Assembly (NCBI GenBank): GCA_963814335.1 | Contig: CAWFCO010000005.1 | Coordinates: forward strand, 848,492 to 912,491 | Origin: an uncultured Acidobacteriaceae bacterium | Lineage (GTDB): Bacteria; Acidobacteriota; Terriglobia; Terriglobales; Acidobacteriaceae | DNA: 64,000 nt | Reading direction: 5' to 3' | Part shown: in pieces, positions 49,335 to 57,879 of the stretch | Layout of the letters: the number at the start of each line of letters is the position of its first letter | Position numbering within the stretch: the first letter of the stretch is position 1 | Position numbers and translations under genes: made by a program | Notes under the pieces: model-generated | Seen by the model: the letters and a program-made list of their open reading frames with translations, nothing else | The model's database searches: none | What the model was told of the DNA's origin: nothing

Positions 49335-49631
49335 TCAGGAAGCGGCCTGCGCCTCGGATGGATTCACGAGGTCGCGCAGCTCTTTGGAAGGCTTGAAGTA
49401 AGGGACCTTCTTCGCAGGGACTTCCACGCGTTCGCCCGTCTTGGGGTTACGGCCGATACGCGGATTGCGCTGGCGAATGCGGAAGGAACCGAATCCGCGA
49501 ATTTCGATCTTGTCGCCGCTCTGTAATGCTCCAATCACCGAAGTGAACACGGTCTCGACAATGACCTCGCCATCGCGACGCGTCAGGTCGCCGAGCTGGG
49601 TTACCTTTTCCACCAGATCTGCTTTCGTCAT
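49335..49631 (-). CDS. HU/IHF family DNA-binding protein (IHF-beta-like)
   Basis: MTKADLV, IEIRGFGSF, GRNPKTGE, YFKPSKEL. Confidence 0.95.
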   Translation of the reverse strand: MTKADLVEKVTQLGDLTRRDGEVIVETVFTSVIGALQSGDKIEIRGFGSFRIRQRNPRIGRNPKTGERVEVPAKKVPYFKPSKELRDLVNPSEAQAAS

Positions 49632-49836
49632 AGCCTCTTAGCCTCCGCTCACAGCATAAACGCATTCTGCCCGTAAGACGCAAGAAACAAAGGTAAGGTT
49701 TGTGGATAGTGGTGTGCGAAAGATACGGGGGCGGCCAGCACCCCGCTTTGGCTTTGGCTGTTGAAAACCCCCCGGCAGGGTTATGATTACCTGAGTCTTA
49801 CTCGGTGATTACCGCGCCACCGGAGGGAGCGGGGCC

Positions 49837-50607
49837 GTGTCTCAGTTTCCGAAATACAGCATTGTGATTCCCGCGTACAACGAAAGTGCGCGCATTCCCG
49901 GCACGCTTGAGGCCGTACTCGCGTGCATCCGGAAACATGGCTGGGCAGCGGAAATTATCGTGGTGAACGATGGCTCCAGTGACAACACGGCCCAGGTTGT
50001 GACTGAAATAGCTCGGACTGCTCCTGAAATCCGGTTGATTGAAAATCCCGGCAATCACGGCAAGGGCTACAGCGTACGCAATGGCTGTCTGCAGGCCAGG
50101 GGGGAATTGGTGATGTTCACCGATTCGGACCTTTCAGCACCGATTGAAGAGGCCGAACGGCTGTTTGCGGCGTTGGCCGGCGGGGCAGACATCGCGATTG
50201 GTTCACGCTGGCTTGAGAGCGGCCGCCAGACGCATCGCCAACCCCTCTACCGGCAGTTTTTCGGGCGGTGTTTCAACCTGGTGACGCGGGCTGTGATGGG
50301 ACTCTCCTTTGCCGATACGCAGTGTGGATTCAAGGCCTTTACCAGGAACGCGGCGCAGACCGTATTTCAGCTGCAAACGATTGAAGGATGGGGATTTGAC
50401 CCCGAAATCCTGTTTATTGCGTTGAAGCGCGGACTCATCGTTCGTGAAGTGCCGGTGAGCTGGGCGCACGATGAGCGGACGAGGATGAGCTACCTGAAAG
50501 ATGGAATGCGCATGCTGGAAGAGCTGATGTCGATTCGTTGGAATGCTCTGCTGGGCCGCTACAGCAAGAAGATTTCTCCGGCTTTGCGGGCGGGCGAAAC
50601 CCGTTAG
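49837..50607 (+). CDS. GT2 glycosyltransferase (polyprenyl-phosphate beta-glucosyl/mannosyltransferase-like)
   Basis: IVIPAYNE, VNDGSSD, NHGKG, FTDSDLS, DTQCGFK, WGFDPE. Confidence 0.9.
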   Translation: MSQFPKYSIVIPAYNESARIPGTLEAVLACIRKHGWAAEIIVVNDGSSDNTAQVVTEIARTAPEIRLIENPGNHGKGYSVRNGCLQARGELVMFTDSDLSAPIEEAERLFAALAGGADIAIGSRWLESGRQTHRQPLYRQFFGRCFNLVTRAVMGLSFADTQCGFKAFTRNAAQTVFQLQTIEGWGFDPEILFIALKRGLIVREVPVSWAHDERTRMSYLKDGMRMLEELMSIRWNALLGRYSKKISPALRAGETR

Positions 50608-50638
50608 CGAGAGGAATACATCAACAGAAATTGAAAGC

Positions 50639-50971
50639 TCAGGCTGCGGCGAAGACCGCGGACTGGAGATTCTTTGCGTCTTCTCGCAGACGGACAACTG
50701 TGAACTGCTCGCCAAGAACGTGAACTTGCGCCGCAAACCCTGGTGCCGAGAGCAAGAGCGACGAATCCAGTTCAAGATCGGCCAAGACGGCCCGATCGAA
50801 GTCCTGATTGAAGCGTAGATCGCCGTATGAGAAACGTGACCCAGGCCACCCTGAATAGAAATCCTGAGTCTCGGTCAGATCAAACCAGACTGGAAAGCGA
50901 CGACCCTTTCGGTCTGAAAGGATGCCCGCTGCATTGAGGATCTGGCGTGTGGTCCGCATTTGAACTCTCAT
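50639..50971 (-). CDS. Hypothetical protein (110 aa) downstream of tRNA-Val
   Basis: Protein-like ORF fills the gap; a well-positioned CRP-type promoter lies upstream. Confidence 0.6.
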   Translation of the reverse strand: MRVQMRTTRQILNAAGILSDRKGRRFPVWFDLTETQDFYSGWPGSRFSYGDLRFNQDFDRAVLADLELDSSLLLSAPGFAAQVHVLGEQFTVVRLREDAKNLQSAVFAAA

Positions 50972-51014
50972 GATGATTCGCAGCTCCGGCGGAAGATTTC
51001 GATGAAGCTTGCCA

Positions 51015-51057
51015 AGAATACTTCCGTCTCAAGAGTCGAGCCGTGATTTCAATCACA
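51015..51057 (-). promoter_or_regulatory. Class II CRP/FNR-family promoter
   Basis: TGTGA-TTGAAA-TCACG (51057-51042) is centred at -41.5 relative to the +1 implied by -10 TATTCT (51020-51015). Confidence 0.7.
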
Positions 51058-51161
51058 CTGGGACAAAGGAAGCTCAAACTTTTGAATTTTGGAAGTGCCG
51101 AAGTGTGCGGAAATGCGGCACTGCGAATTGCAGGTGGGGAGCTTGTAAGTAATTGATTCTA

Positions 51162-51236
51162 TGGTGGGCGCTATAGGATTCGAACCTATGACTTCCACCG
51201 TGTGAAGGTGGCACTCTACCGCTGAGTTAAGCGCCC
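51162..51236 (-). tRNA. tRNA-Val(CAC)
   Basis: 75-nt cloverleaf GGGCGCT...AGCGCCCACCA; anticodon arm CCACC-TTCACAC-GGTGG; TTCGAAT T-loop; encoded CCA. Confidence 0.98.
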
Positions 51237-51576
51237 GGAGAGACGCAGTTAAGGGACCGGGTCTGGGGTATATCTCGTAAGGTAGAGTAACACCAGCAGG
51301 GCTTTAGAGCCAACCTGGGGAAGTTCCCAGAGGCACGCCCTTCGATGACCGTATGTTTCGGAGATCGCTATCAATTCTGGACCGCCTGACCGGACTCTTC
51401 ACTGCGGGTGAAGGTGCTGATTTTGCTGCGGAAAATGGGATCTCCATCGGCGGCCCGAGCGTGCTGTTGGCTATGACTCGCGGGAGCGGCGGCAGCCCGC
51501 GGTCGCGGCCTGCCCAGGACAGGGGCGAAGACCCGGAAAACCACCAGGAAATCGAGCCGGAATCAGGCGAGAAAAC

Positions 51577-51604
51577 GCAACCTTCTGACGAGGATGGGGT
51601 TGTT
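51577..51604 (+). promoter_or_regulatory. Putative ECF-type autoregulatory promoter
   Basis: GCAACC...GTTG (AAC-N17-GTT) just upstream of ATG 51611. Confidence 0.4.
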
Positions 51605-51610
51605 GAAGAT

Positions 51611-52255
51611 ATGGCAACCCTGGTCCTGGACAACTCGGTTCTGGGTCGGGCGGCACAGGCCGCTGAGGCGGCGGCGGGCCCGGACCCGGCGAGCGATGCG
51701 GCGATTATGCTGCGCGTGGCCGCGGGAGACGAAGCCGGCTTCAACTTCCTGGTCCAAAAGCACCACGGAGCGATTGCACGGTTTCTCTACCGGATGGTTC
51801 ACAACCAGGCGGTTGCCGAGGAGTTGGCGCAGGAAGTCTTTCTGCGTGTGTACCGCTCGCGCGAGGGTTATCGCGCCGAAGCCAAGTTCACGACCTGGCT
51901 GTACCGCATTGCAACCAACCTTGCGGTGAACCACGCGCGTGATACGCGGCACGAGCGGGCTGCGCAGAACGTCTATCTGGACGCGCCGGATGAAGAGACC
52001 GGCACGACACCGGATGTGGCGGATGACGAACTGACCGTGGAGCAGCGAATGCTGCGGGACGAGAGAATGGCGTCCATTCGGAAGCACGTGATGGCTCTGC
52101 CGGAACGGCAACGGACGGCGGTGCTGATGCACAAGTACCAGGGGCTGGATTACAAGCAGATCGGTGAAGTATTGAAGTTGAGCGAGTCGGCGACCAAGTC
52201 GCTGCTGTTCAGGGCGTATCAAACGCTGCGCGAGAGATTGAAGGATTTTGTGTAG
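51611..52255 (+). CDS. ECF RNA polymerase sigma factor
   Basis: AEELAQEVFLRVY, FTTWLYRIATN, LPERQRTAV, KSLLFRAY. Start 51611 preferred; the ORF extends to 51353. Confidence 0.93.
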   Translation: MATLVLDNSVLGRAAQAAEAAAGPDPASDAAIMLRVAAGDEAGFNFLVQKHHGAIARFLYRMVHNQAVAEELAQEVFLRVYRSREGYRAEAKFTTWLYRIATNLAVNHARDTRHERAAQNVYLDAPDEETGTTPDVADDELTVEQRMLRDERMASIRKHVMALPERQRTAVLMHKYQGLDYKQIGEVLKLSESATKSLLFRAYQTLRERLKDFV

Positions 52256-52298
52256 GGAAAAGCCGGGAACGACCGGCGAAGAGAGTGGGGTGGTTGCA

Positions 52299-52802
52299 AT
52301 GGCGGAAACGATGAAGAAATGCACGGGAATGGAAGCCAAGCTGGCTGAGATGCTGCTGGCTCCAGAGACAGTGCCTGCCAAGGTTCAGACTCATGTTGAC
52401 GGATGCGCCGACTGCCAGCGCGAGCTGGAAGCACTGCGCGCGACGATGGCGCTGCTGGACGACTGGAAAGCGCCCGAGCCGAATCCCTACTTCATGACGC
52501 GATTTGAGACCCGGATGAACGAGGAGCGCCACGCTCCTCGCGCCGGCTGGTTTGAACGTCTGCGCACACGTTGGACATACGGTCCCCATTTGCAGGCCCG
52601 GCCGCTTGCAGCAATGGCGCTGACGGTGATGATGCTGCTTGGCGGCGGTGCCTATTTGGGCCTCTCCAGCTGGGATCAGCCGAAAGCTCCAACTCCAGAC
52701 GCAGCCGTGGTGCATGACCTGCAGACGATGGAGAATAATGCGCAGCTTCTGGATCAGCTTGAGTCGATTACGGACAACGACAGCAGCAGTGTGATGAACT
52801 AA
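52299..52802 (+). CDS. Zinc-binding (ZAS, HxxxCxxC) membrane anti-sigma factor
   Basis: HVDGCADC followed by one TM segment; directly after the sigma gene. Confidence 0.85.
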   Translation: MAETMKKCTGMEAKLAEMLLAPETVPAKVQTHVDGCADCQRELEALRATMALLDDWKAPEPNPYFMTRFETRMNEERHAPRAGWFERLRTRWTYGPHLQARPLAAMALTVMMLLGGGAYLGLSSWDQPKAPTPDAAVVHDLQTMENNAQLLDQLESITDNDSSSVMN

Positions 52803-52851
52803 GCGGCCGCGAAGGCCGCGCGGCAATGAAGAACAGGGGAACGGAAAGACT

Positions 52852-53733
52852 ATGAAGGGCGCAGCCAGAGCGAGAGTGGCCTGCGGTGCGGTGCTTGCCG
52901 CAGCGCTGGTGTCACTGTGCGCCCTGAGCCCCCATCTGATGGCACAACGGCACCGCGGGTATGCGCAGCAGTCTGAAAAGCCGCGAAGTGAACGGCCACG
53001 CGCGACTCAGCCGCGCCATGAAGGACGAGGCGGCTTGCGGCAGGAAGCGCCACGGCCGCCGCGCCAAAATGGTGCTGAGCGGCGAAGACTTCAGCCGAAT
53101 GGCAATGCAACACGCCCCAACGATAATGCGTTCAGGCCCAATCGAAATTCCATTCCGCAGTATCGCGGAACGGAAGGGCGCGGCCAGCAGCGCATGGATC
53201 CGCGTTTTGCGCAGCCGGGAAATTCCATGGGAGAACCGGGTCCAAGGCCCGGTTACACGCGGCCGGGTTACTCCAACTACCCGGCTCCGGTGTATGCGCC
53301 TCCCGGCCATCTTGGAGCCTGGCTCAATGAGCATCGTGGGGTTCCCATTCAGCAGCAGGAGCAAATGCTGCGCAGGGATCCGAGTTTCTCGCGCTTGCCC
53401 AAGAGCGACCAACAGCGCTTGATTCAGCAGCTACATCGCGTGGACCAGATGCCTGAAGGGCAGCGTGAACGCCGGCTTGCGCGTGCTGAGGCACTGGAGA
53501 GGCTTTCGCCACAACAGCGAGCGCAAGTGAATCTCGCGGCGCGCCGCTGGGCAACCATGCCGGCAGGCCGACAAACCATGATGAGGCAGGCATTTCAAGA
53601 TCTCCGTGGTGTTCCTCCGGATCAGCGGGATACAGTGCTGAATTCGGAACGATATAAGGAGAATTTCAGCCCCGAAGAGCGCGGCATTCTCTCTGATGTG
53701 TTGCGCGTGGAACCTTACGCTCCGCCGAAGTAG
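52852..53733 (+). CDS. DUF3106-like exported helical-repeat protein
   Basis: Signal peptide, Arg/Pro/Gln-rich region, LP...Q/LSP.Q repeats; third gene of the ECF operon. Confidence 0.75.
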   Translation: MKGAARARVACGAVLAAALVSLCALSPHLMAQRHRGYAQQSEKPRSERPRATQPRHEGRGGLRQEAPRPPRQNGAERRRLQPNGNATRPNDNAFRPNRNSIPQYRGTEGRGQQRMDPRFAQPGNSMGEPGPRPGYTRPGYSNYPAPVYAPPGHLGAWLNEHRGVPIQQQEQMLRRDPSFSRLPKSDQQRLIQQLHRVDQMPEGQRERRLARAEALERLSPQQRAQVNLAARRWATMPAGRQTMMRQAFQDLRGVPPDQRDTVLNSERYKENFSPEERGILSDVLRVEPYAPPK

Positions 53734-53751
53734 ACGGGGAGCGAAAAATGG

Positions 53752-53789
53752 AACGGCAGCGAAGGCCACTTCGCTGCCGTTTTTGTTTT
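53752..53789. terminator. Terminator between convergent DUF3106 and GH3 genes
   Basis: AACGGCAGCGAAG-GCCA-CTTCGCTGCCGTT followed by TTTGTTTT. Confidence 0.9.
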
Positions 53790-53803
53790 GGATTGTGAAT
53801 CGG

Positions 53804-56029
53804 TCAACGTTCAAGGACGACGGGCGCATGCAGCCGAATATCGCGCGAAGAAGCACCGATCTGTACTTCAAATGTTCCAGGATCCGCTTCCCACTTCTTC
53901 GTCTCCGGGTTCCAGTAGGAGAACGCGGCGCGATCAAGTTGCATCGTCACGGTCTTCGATTCGCCCGGCTTAAGCTCCACGCGTTTGAACCCCTTCAACT
54001 CGTGGGTGGGGCGATCAATCTTCGAGTGGCCGTCATGCACATACAGTTGCACCACCTCTGCACCGGGGCGCTTGCCCGTGTTGCGAACGCTCAGGCGTAC
54101 CTTTACCGGCTGATTACCGGAGAAGCGTGGTGTAACCTTCAGCCCGCTATAGGCGAAGGTTGTATAGCTCATGCCGTAACCGAATGGAAATGCAGGTTCC
54201 ACGTTCTTCGTGTCAAAGTAGCGGTAGCCGACATAGATTCCTTCGGCATAATGGACGGTGAGATCTTTGCCAGGGTAATTCGCCGCAGCGGGCGAATCTT
54301 CAAATCGTTTCGGCAGAGTGACAGGGAGCTTGCCCGAGGGATTCGCATCCCCAAACAGAATCGACGCCAGTGCAGCCCCGCCCTCTTCGCCTCCGTACCA
54401 CATGTCCAGAAGTGCGGGAGTCTTGTCGAGCCACTGCGTCATGGTGACGGGATCGCCTGTATTCAAAACAACGACTGTGTGCGGATTTGCTTTTTCCACG
54501 GCTTCGATCAACGCATCCTGTCCTGCCGGCAGGTCCATTGTCTTCACGTCGAATCCCTCCGACTCATTTCTCCAGTAACGCCCGACGATCAGGACGGCCA
54601 TTTCGGCCTTCGACGCGGCGTCAACTGCTTCTTTCAGCGCTGCTTCTCGCGCTTCCGGCGTGTCCTCGGCAGGGTCCTCGCCCTCCATGCCGACACCGAG
54701 CGTGTACGTCACATCAATGCCATCTTTCGCCGCACGCGCCTTGATGGCATCGAGAGGAGAGATTGCAAACTTGGGACGCACCAGGGAACTGCCACCACCA
54801 CCCGTGCGTGCCGTCGCCGCATTCGGTCCGATAACCGCAATGGAATGCACCTTCCTGGACTCAATCGGCAGCAATGCGTGCTCATTCTTTAGCAGCACAA
54901 TTCCTTCCGTCGCTCCCTGCAGCGCCACGGCCTGCTGTTCGGGCGTATCAATCGGGGCGCCCGCTGTATGCGGATGATCGAAGATGCCGCTCAGAAAAAT
55001 CACGCGCAGAATGCGGCGCACGTTGTCGTCGAGTGTGGCTTCGTTGATCCGGCCAGCCTTTATTGCAGCCAGCACCTTGTCGCGTTCCAGCCACGTACCG
55101 CTGTTGCCTGCCAACAGCGAGCGTGGCGACGCAATCATTTTGCGTGCCGGCTCGCCGCCGGGCATTTCAAGATCCATGCCCGCATTTACGGTGGGTGCGG
55201 TGGAGTAGGTGCTGCCCCAATCGGAGATGACGAATCCCTTGAAGCCAAGCTCCTGCTTCAGAATCTTGTCCAACAGCTCATCATTTTCAGCACAATAGGT
55301 TCCGTTCAGTTTGTTGTAGGCCGACATCACAGTCCACACATCGGCCTGCTGCACCGCGGCCTTAAATGCAGGCAGATAGATCTCGTGCAGCGTGCGCTCA
55401 TCAAGAATCACATTGATGCGATGTCTCTCGAATTCCTGATTGTTCGCAATGAAGTGCTTCACGGAAGGAATCACTCCCTCACTCTGCACGCCGCGAATGT
55501 ACGCTACCCCCAATTGCGATGTCAGAAATGGATCTTCTCCGTAACCTTCGAAGTTGCGCCCCCACAGTGGCTGCCGGTTGATGTTCACCGTGGGTCCCAG
55601 GATCATGTCGCGCCCAAGCGCCTTCACTTCTTCCCCGATTGCCTGGCCTTCGCGTTCCACCAGTGCCGGATCCCAGGTGGCCGCCATGGCGACTCCAGAA
55701 GGAAAGGACGTCGATTCGATCTTGACTGCATTGTTTGCGGCGTTCGTCACTGCCGAGCTGCCCATCCAGGAGCGCACGCCGAGCGGGCCGTCTGCCATGT
55801 GAATCGAAGGGATGCCAAGTCGTTCAATTGATGCCGACTCCATCCAACCCGATCCGGCCAACATGGTGGCCTTCTCCTCCACCGTCATGCGTTTCAGCAG
55901 GTCTTCTGCCCGCGCATCGGCTGAAAGCCTGGGGTTCTTATACGGAGCGTCGGCAGGAACGGTCTGCGTAAAGCAATTGCAGACTGTTGCCAGGCACAAG
56001 AAAGTGAGGAGGGCAAGCTTCGTGCGCAT
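53804..56029 (-). CDS. Exported GH3 beta-glucosidase with Fn3-like C-terminal domain
   Basis: GRNFEGYGEDP, KHFIANNQE, FVISDW, GLGMEG..ESEGFD, EVVQLY, ELKGFKRV. Confidence 0.95.
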   Translation of the reverse strand: MRTKLALLTFLCLATVCNCFTQTVPADAPYKNPRLSADARAEDLLKRMTVEEKATMLAGSGWMESASIERLGIPSIHMADGPLGVRSWMGSSAVTNAANNAVKIESTSFPSGVAMAATWDPALVEREGQAIGEEVKALGRDMILGPTVNINRQPLWGRNFEGYGEDPFLTSQLGVAYIRGVQSEGVIPSVKHFIANNQEFERHRINVILDERTLHEIYLPAFKAAVQQADVWTVMSAYNKLNGTYCAENDELLDKILKQELGFKGFVISDWGSTYSTAPTVNAGMDLEMPGGEPARKMIASPRSLLAGNSGTWLERDKVLAAIKAGRINEATLDDNVRRILRVIFLSGIFDHPHTAGAPIDTPEQQAVALQGATEGIVLLKNEHALLPIESRKVHSIAVIGPNAATARTGGGGSSLVRPKFAISPLDAIKARAAKDGIDVTYTLGVGMEGEDPAEDTPEAREAALKEAVDAASKAEMAVLIVGRYWRNESEGFDVKTMDLPAGQDALIEAVEKANPHTVVVLNTGDPVTMTQWLDKTPALLDMWYGGEEGGAALASILFGDANPSGKLPVTLPKRFEDSPAAANYPGKDLTVHYAEGIYVGYRYFDTKNVEPAFPFGYGMSYTTFAYSGLKVTPRFSGNQPVKVRLSVRNTGKRPGAEVVQLYVHDGHSKIDRPTHELKGFKRVELKPGESKTVTMQLDRAAFSYWNPETKKWEADPGTFEVQIGASSRDIRLHAPVVLER

Positions 56030-56162
56030 GGTTCGATACCTCTGTACGGGAGAATCCTTGTAGATAAATACGCGGCAATCCTATCCCACGTCGAGCACAT
56101 GCCACAAACGCGGATAGTGCGGGGCACACACATAATTGTCGATAGCTTTGCGGGGAATGACG

Positions 56163-57122
56163 TCAATCGCCCTCTTCATCGCGCGATTGCAGAAGAGATG
56201 GTTGCGCGGCGTCATCGAATTCCGCAACGAAAAGTATCCATCCCGCGCCGGTAGCCATCAATGCAAGCCCCGCAGCCGTCTGCGGACTTACTGCGGGCCG
56301 AAATAGAACAATACTCAGCAGCAATGTAAGCAGTGGCGCAAGAATGAAGCGCAGCGTCATGCGCGTGGCCGACATGTTGCTCAACAGCCAGAAGAATGCC
56401 AACAGTGCAGGCAAATCCACGACCAAGCTCCAGAGCGCGTTTGGCCAAAGGCGCTGAAAGGCGAGGCTATGCGGTTCAATGACTATGCCGAGGCCCGCGA
56501 ACACCAAAGCGGCCGTGCCGGCGCCAATGGCGGCCGATGCAAAAACTGAGACCGTTCCATCGCATTGAGTCACGCGCACGGCCCAGCAATTCACCGCAGC
56601 CAGACAGACTGCCGCAAGAATGAGCAGGCCAAACCAGCCTCCTTCTTGGATTGATCCTGGCAAGTGCAGAGAAAACAGCAAGAGAGCGCCTGCAACAGCC
56701 ACCAAAACTGCAACCATGCTCCCGCCTGGCTGCCTTGTATCAGTTGTTCCAAAGAAGGGTTCGAAGACTGCGGCAAACAGTGGTGTGAGCATGAAGAGAA
56801 GGACTCGCGTCTGATCCGTCACCTCGTGGGCCGTTGCATGTGTCAGCAGGACAGGAACAACGAAGATGCCAAGGCTAATGAGTGCAACATGGAGCGCCTG
56901 GCGTCTGCTTGGCCAGTTGCGTCGAATCACAACAGGGATGGTCGCCCCGACTGCCAGAACGCTCCAGAGGACGGCCGATTGCAGAAAGTAAGAAGCTTCT
57001 GCCGTACTCCGGAAAAGCGATGGCAGCGCGTCAGTGCGCAGAGCATCGAATGCCCAAAGCAGGCTGAGTCCCAGAAGCACTGCCACGGGCTTGAATTTCC
57101 TCAATTTGGTACGGAGCGGCAT
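56163..57122 (-). CDS. EamA/DMT superfamily transporter
   Basis: About 10 hydrophobic segments in two repeats; TPLF and APLLT motifs. Confidence 0.75.
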   Translation of the reverse strand: MPLRTKLRKFKPVAVLLGLSLLWAFDALRTDALPSLFRSTAEASYFLQSAVLWSVLAVGATIPVVIRRNWPSRRQALHVALISLGIFVVPVLLTHATAHEVTDQTRVLLFMLTPLFAAVFEPFFGTTDTRQPGGSMVAVLVAVAGALLLFSLHLPGSIQEGGWFGLLILAAVCLAAVNCWAVRVTQCDGTVSVFASAAIGAGTAALVFAGLGIVIEPHSLAFQRLWPNALWSLVVDLPALLAFFWLLSNMSATRMTLRFILAPLLTLLLSIVLFRPAVSPQTAAGLALMATGAGWILFVAEFDDAAQPSLLQSRDEEGD

Positions 57123-57249
57123 CGATTCGATGAGAACACAGTGCCCAGCGGGACACCCGCAATTCGACGCTCATTTACAATGATGGTTGGGGCTAAGGCC
57201 AATTCTTTTTTGCGCGATGCGCGCAAGCACAGCAAGGAGTTTTACCGTT

Positions 57250-57810
57250 ATGGCGATTCCCGCCACTCAAATGCGTCCCGGCATGATCATTAAACACAAT
57301 GACCAGTTGCATCTGGTCTTCAAAGTGGAGCACCGCACACCTGGTAACTTGCGCGCCTTCATCCAGGCCAAATTGCGCAACCTGAAATCGGGCTCCATGT
57401 TCGAGCATCGCTTTCGTTCAGCAGACTCGATTGAAAAAGTGTCCGTGGATGAAGTGACCATGGAATACCTTTACAACGATGGTGACGACTACTACTTCAT
57501 GAACCCAACCGACTATGAGCAGACGATTCTGAAGGGGTCGTTGCTGGGTGATGCAGTTGAATACCTGACGCCGAATATTCAGATTCAGGTGAGCTACATT
57601 GACGGTCAGGCGGTTGGTGTTGATCTGCCGACCTATGTAGAACTGACGGTCGTTGAGACTGAGCCAGGTTTGAAGTCGGCCACGGCGTCAAGCGTAACCA
57701 AGCCTGCGAAGACAGAAACCGGCCTCGTGGTGCAAGTCCCGCCGTTTATCAATGAAGGCGAAAAGATTCGGGTGGATACGAGCGAAGGCACGTATATGAG
57801 TCGCGCGTAA
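57250..57810 (+). CDS. efp: Translation elongation factor P
   Basis: MEYLYNDG, TKPAKTETG, VPPFINEGE..VDT..G.Y..RA; loop is TPGNLRA; AAGGAG RBS. Confidence 0.97.
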   Translation: MAIPATQMRPGMIIKHNDQLHLVFKVEHRTPGNLRAFIQAKLRNLKSGSMFEHRFRSADSIEKVSVDEVTMEYLYNDGDDYYFMNPTDYEQTILKGSLLGDAVEYLTPNIQIQVSYIDGQAVGVDLPTYVELTVVETEPGLKSATASSVTKPAKTETGLVVQVPPFINEGEKIRVDTSEGTYMSRA

Positions 57811-57834
57811 GGGAAGTTGGGAGAAACAAATCGG

Positions 57835-57862
57835 CGCCGGGGATACGTCCCCGGCGTTGCTG
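57835..57862 (+). terminator. Hairpin after efp
   Basis: CGCCGGGGA-TACG-TCCCCGGCG (UNCG loop), weak U tract. Confidence 0.55.
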
Positions 57863-57879
57863 TGTGGAGCGGTTACCTG

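Noticed and set aside
53696-54892. 398-aa plus-strand ORF (and similar long ORFs at 14290-15033, 28719-29756, 39922-40866, 48243-49178)
   Set aside because: Antisense shadows of well-supported genes in GC-rich DNA; no recognisable motifs or RBS.
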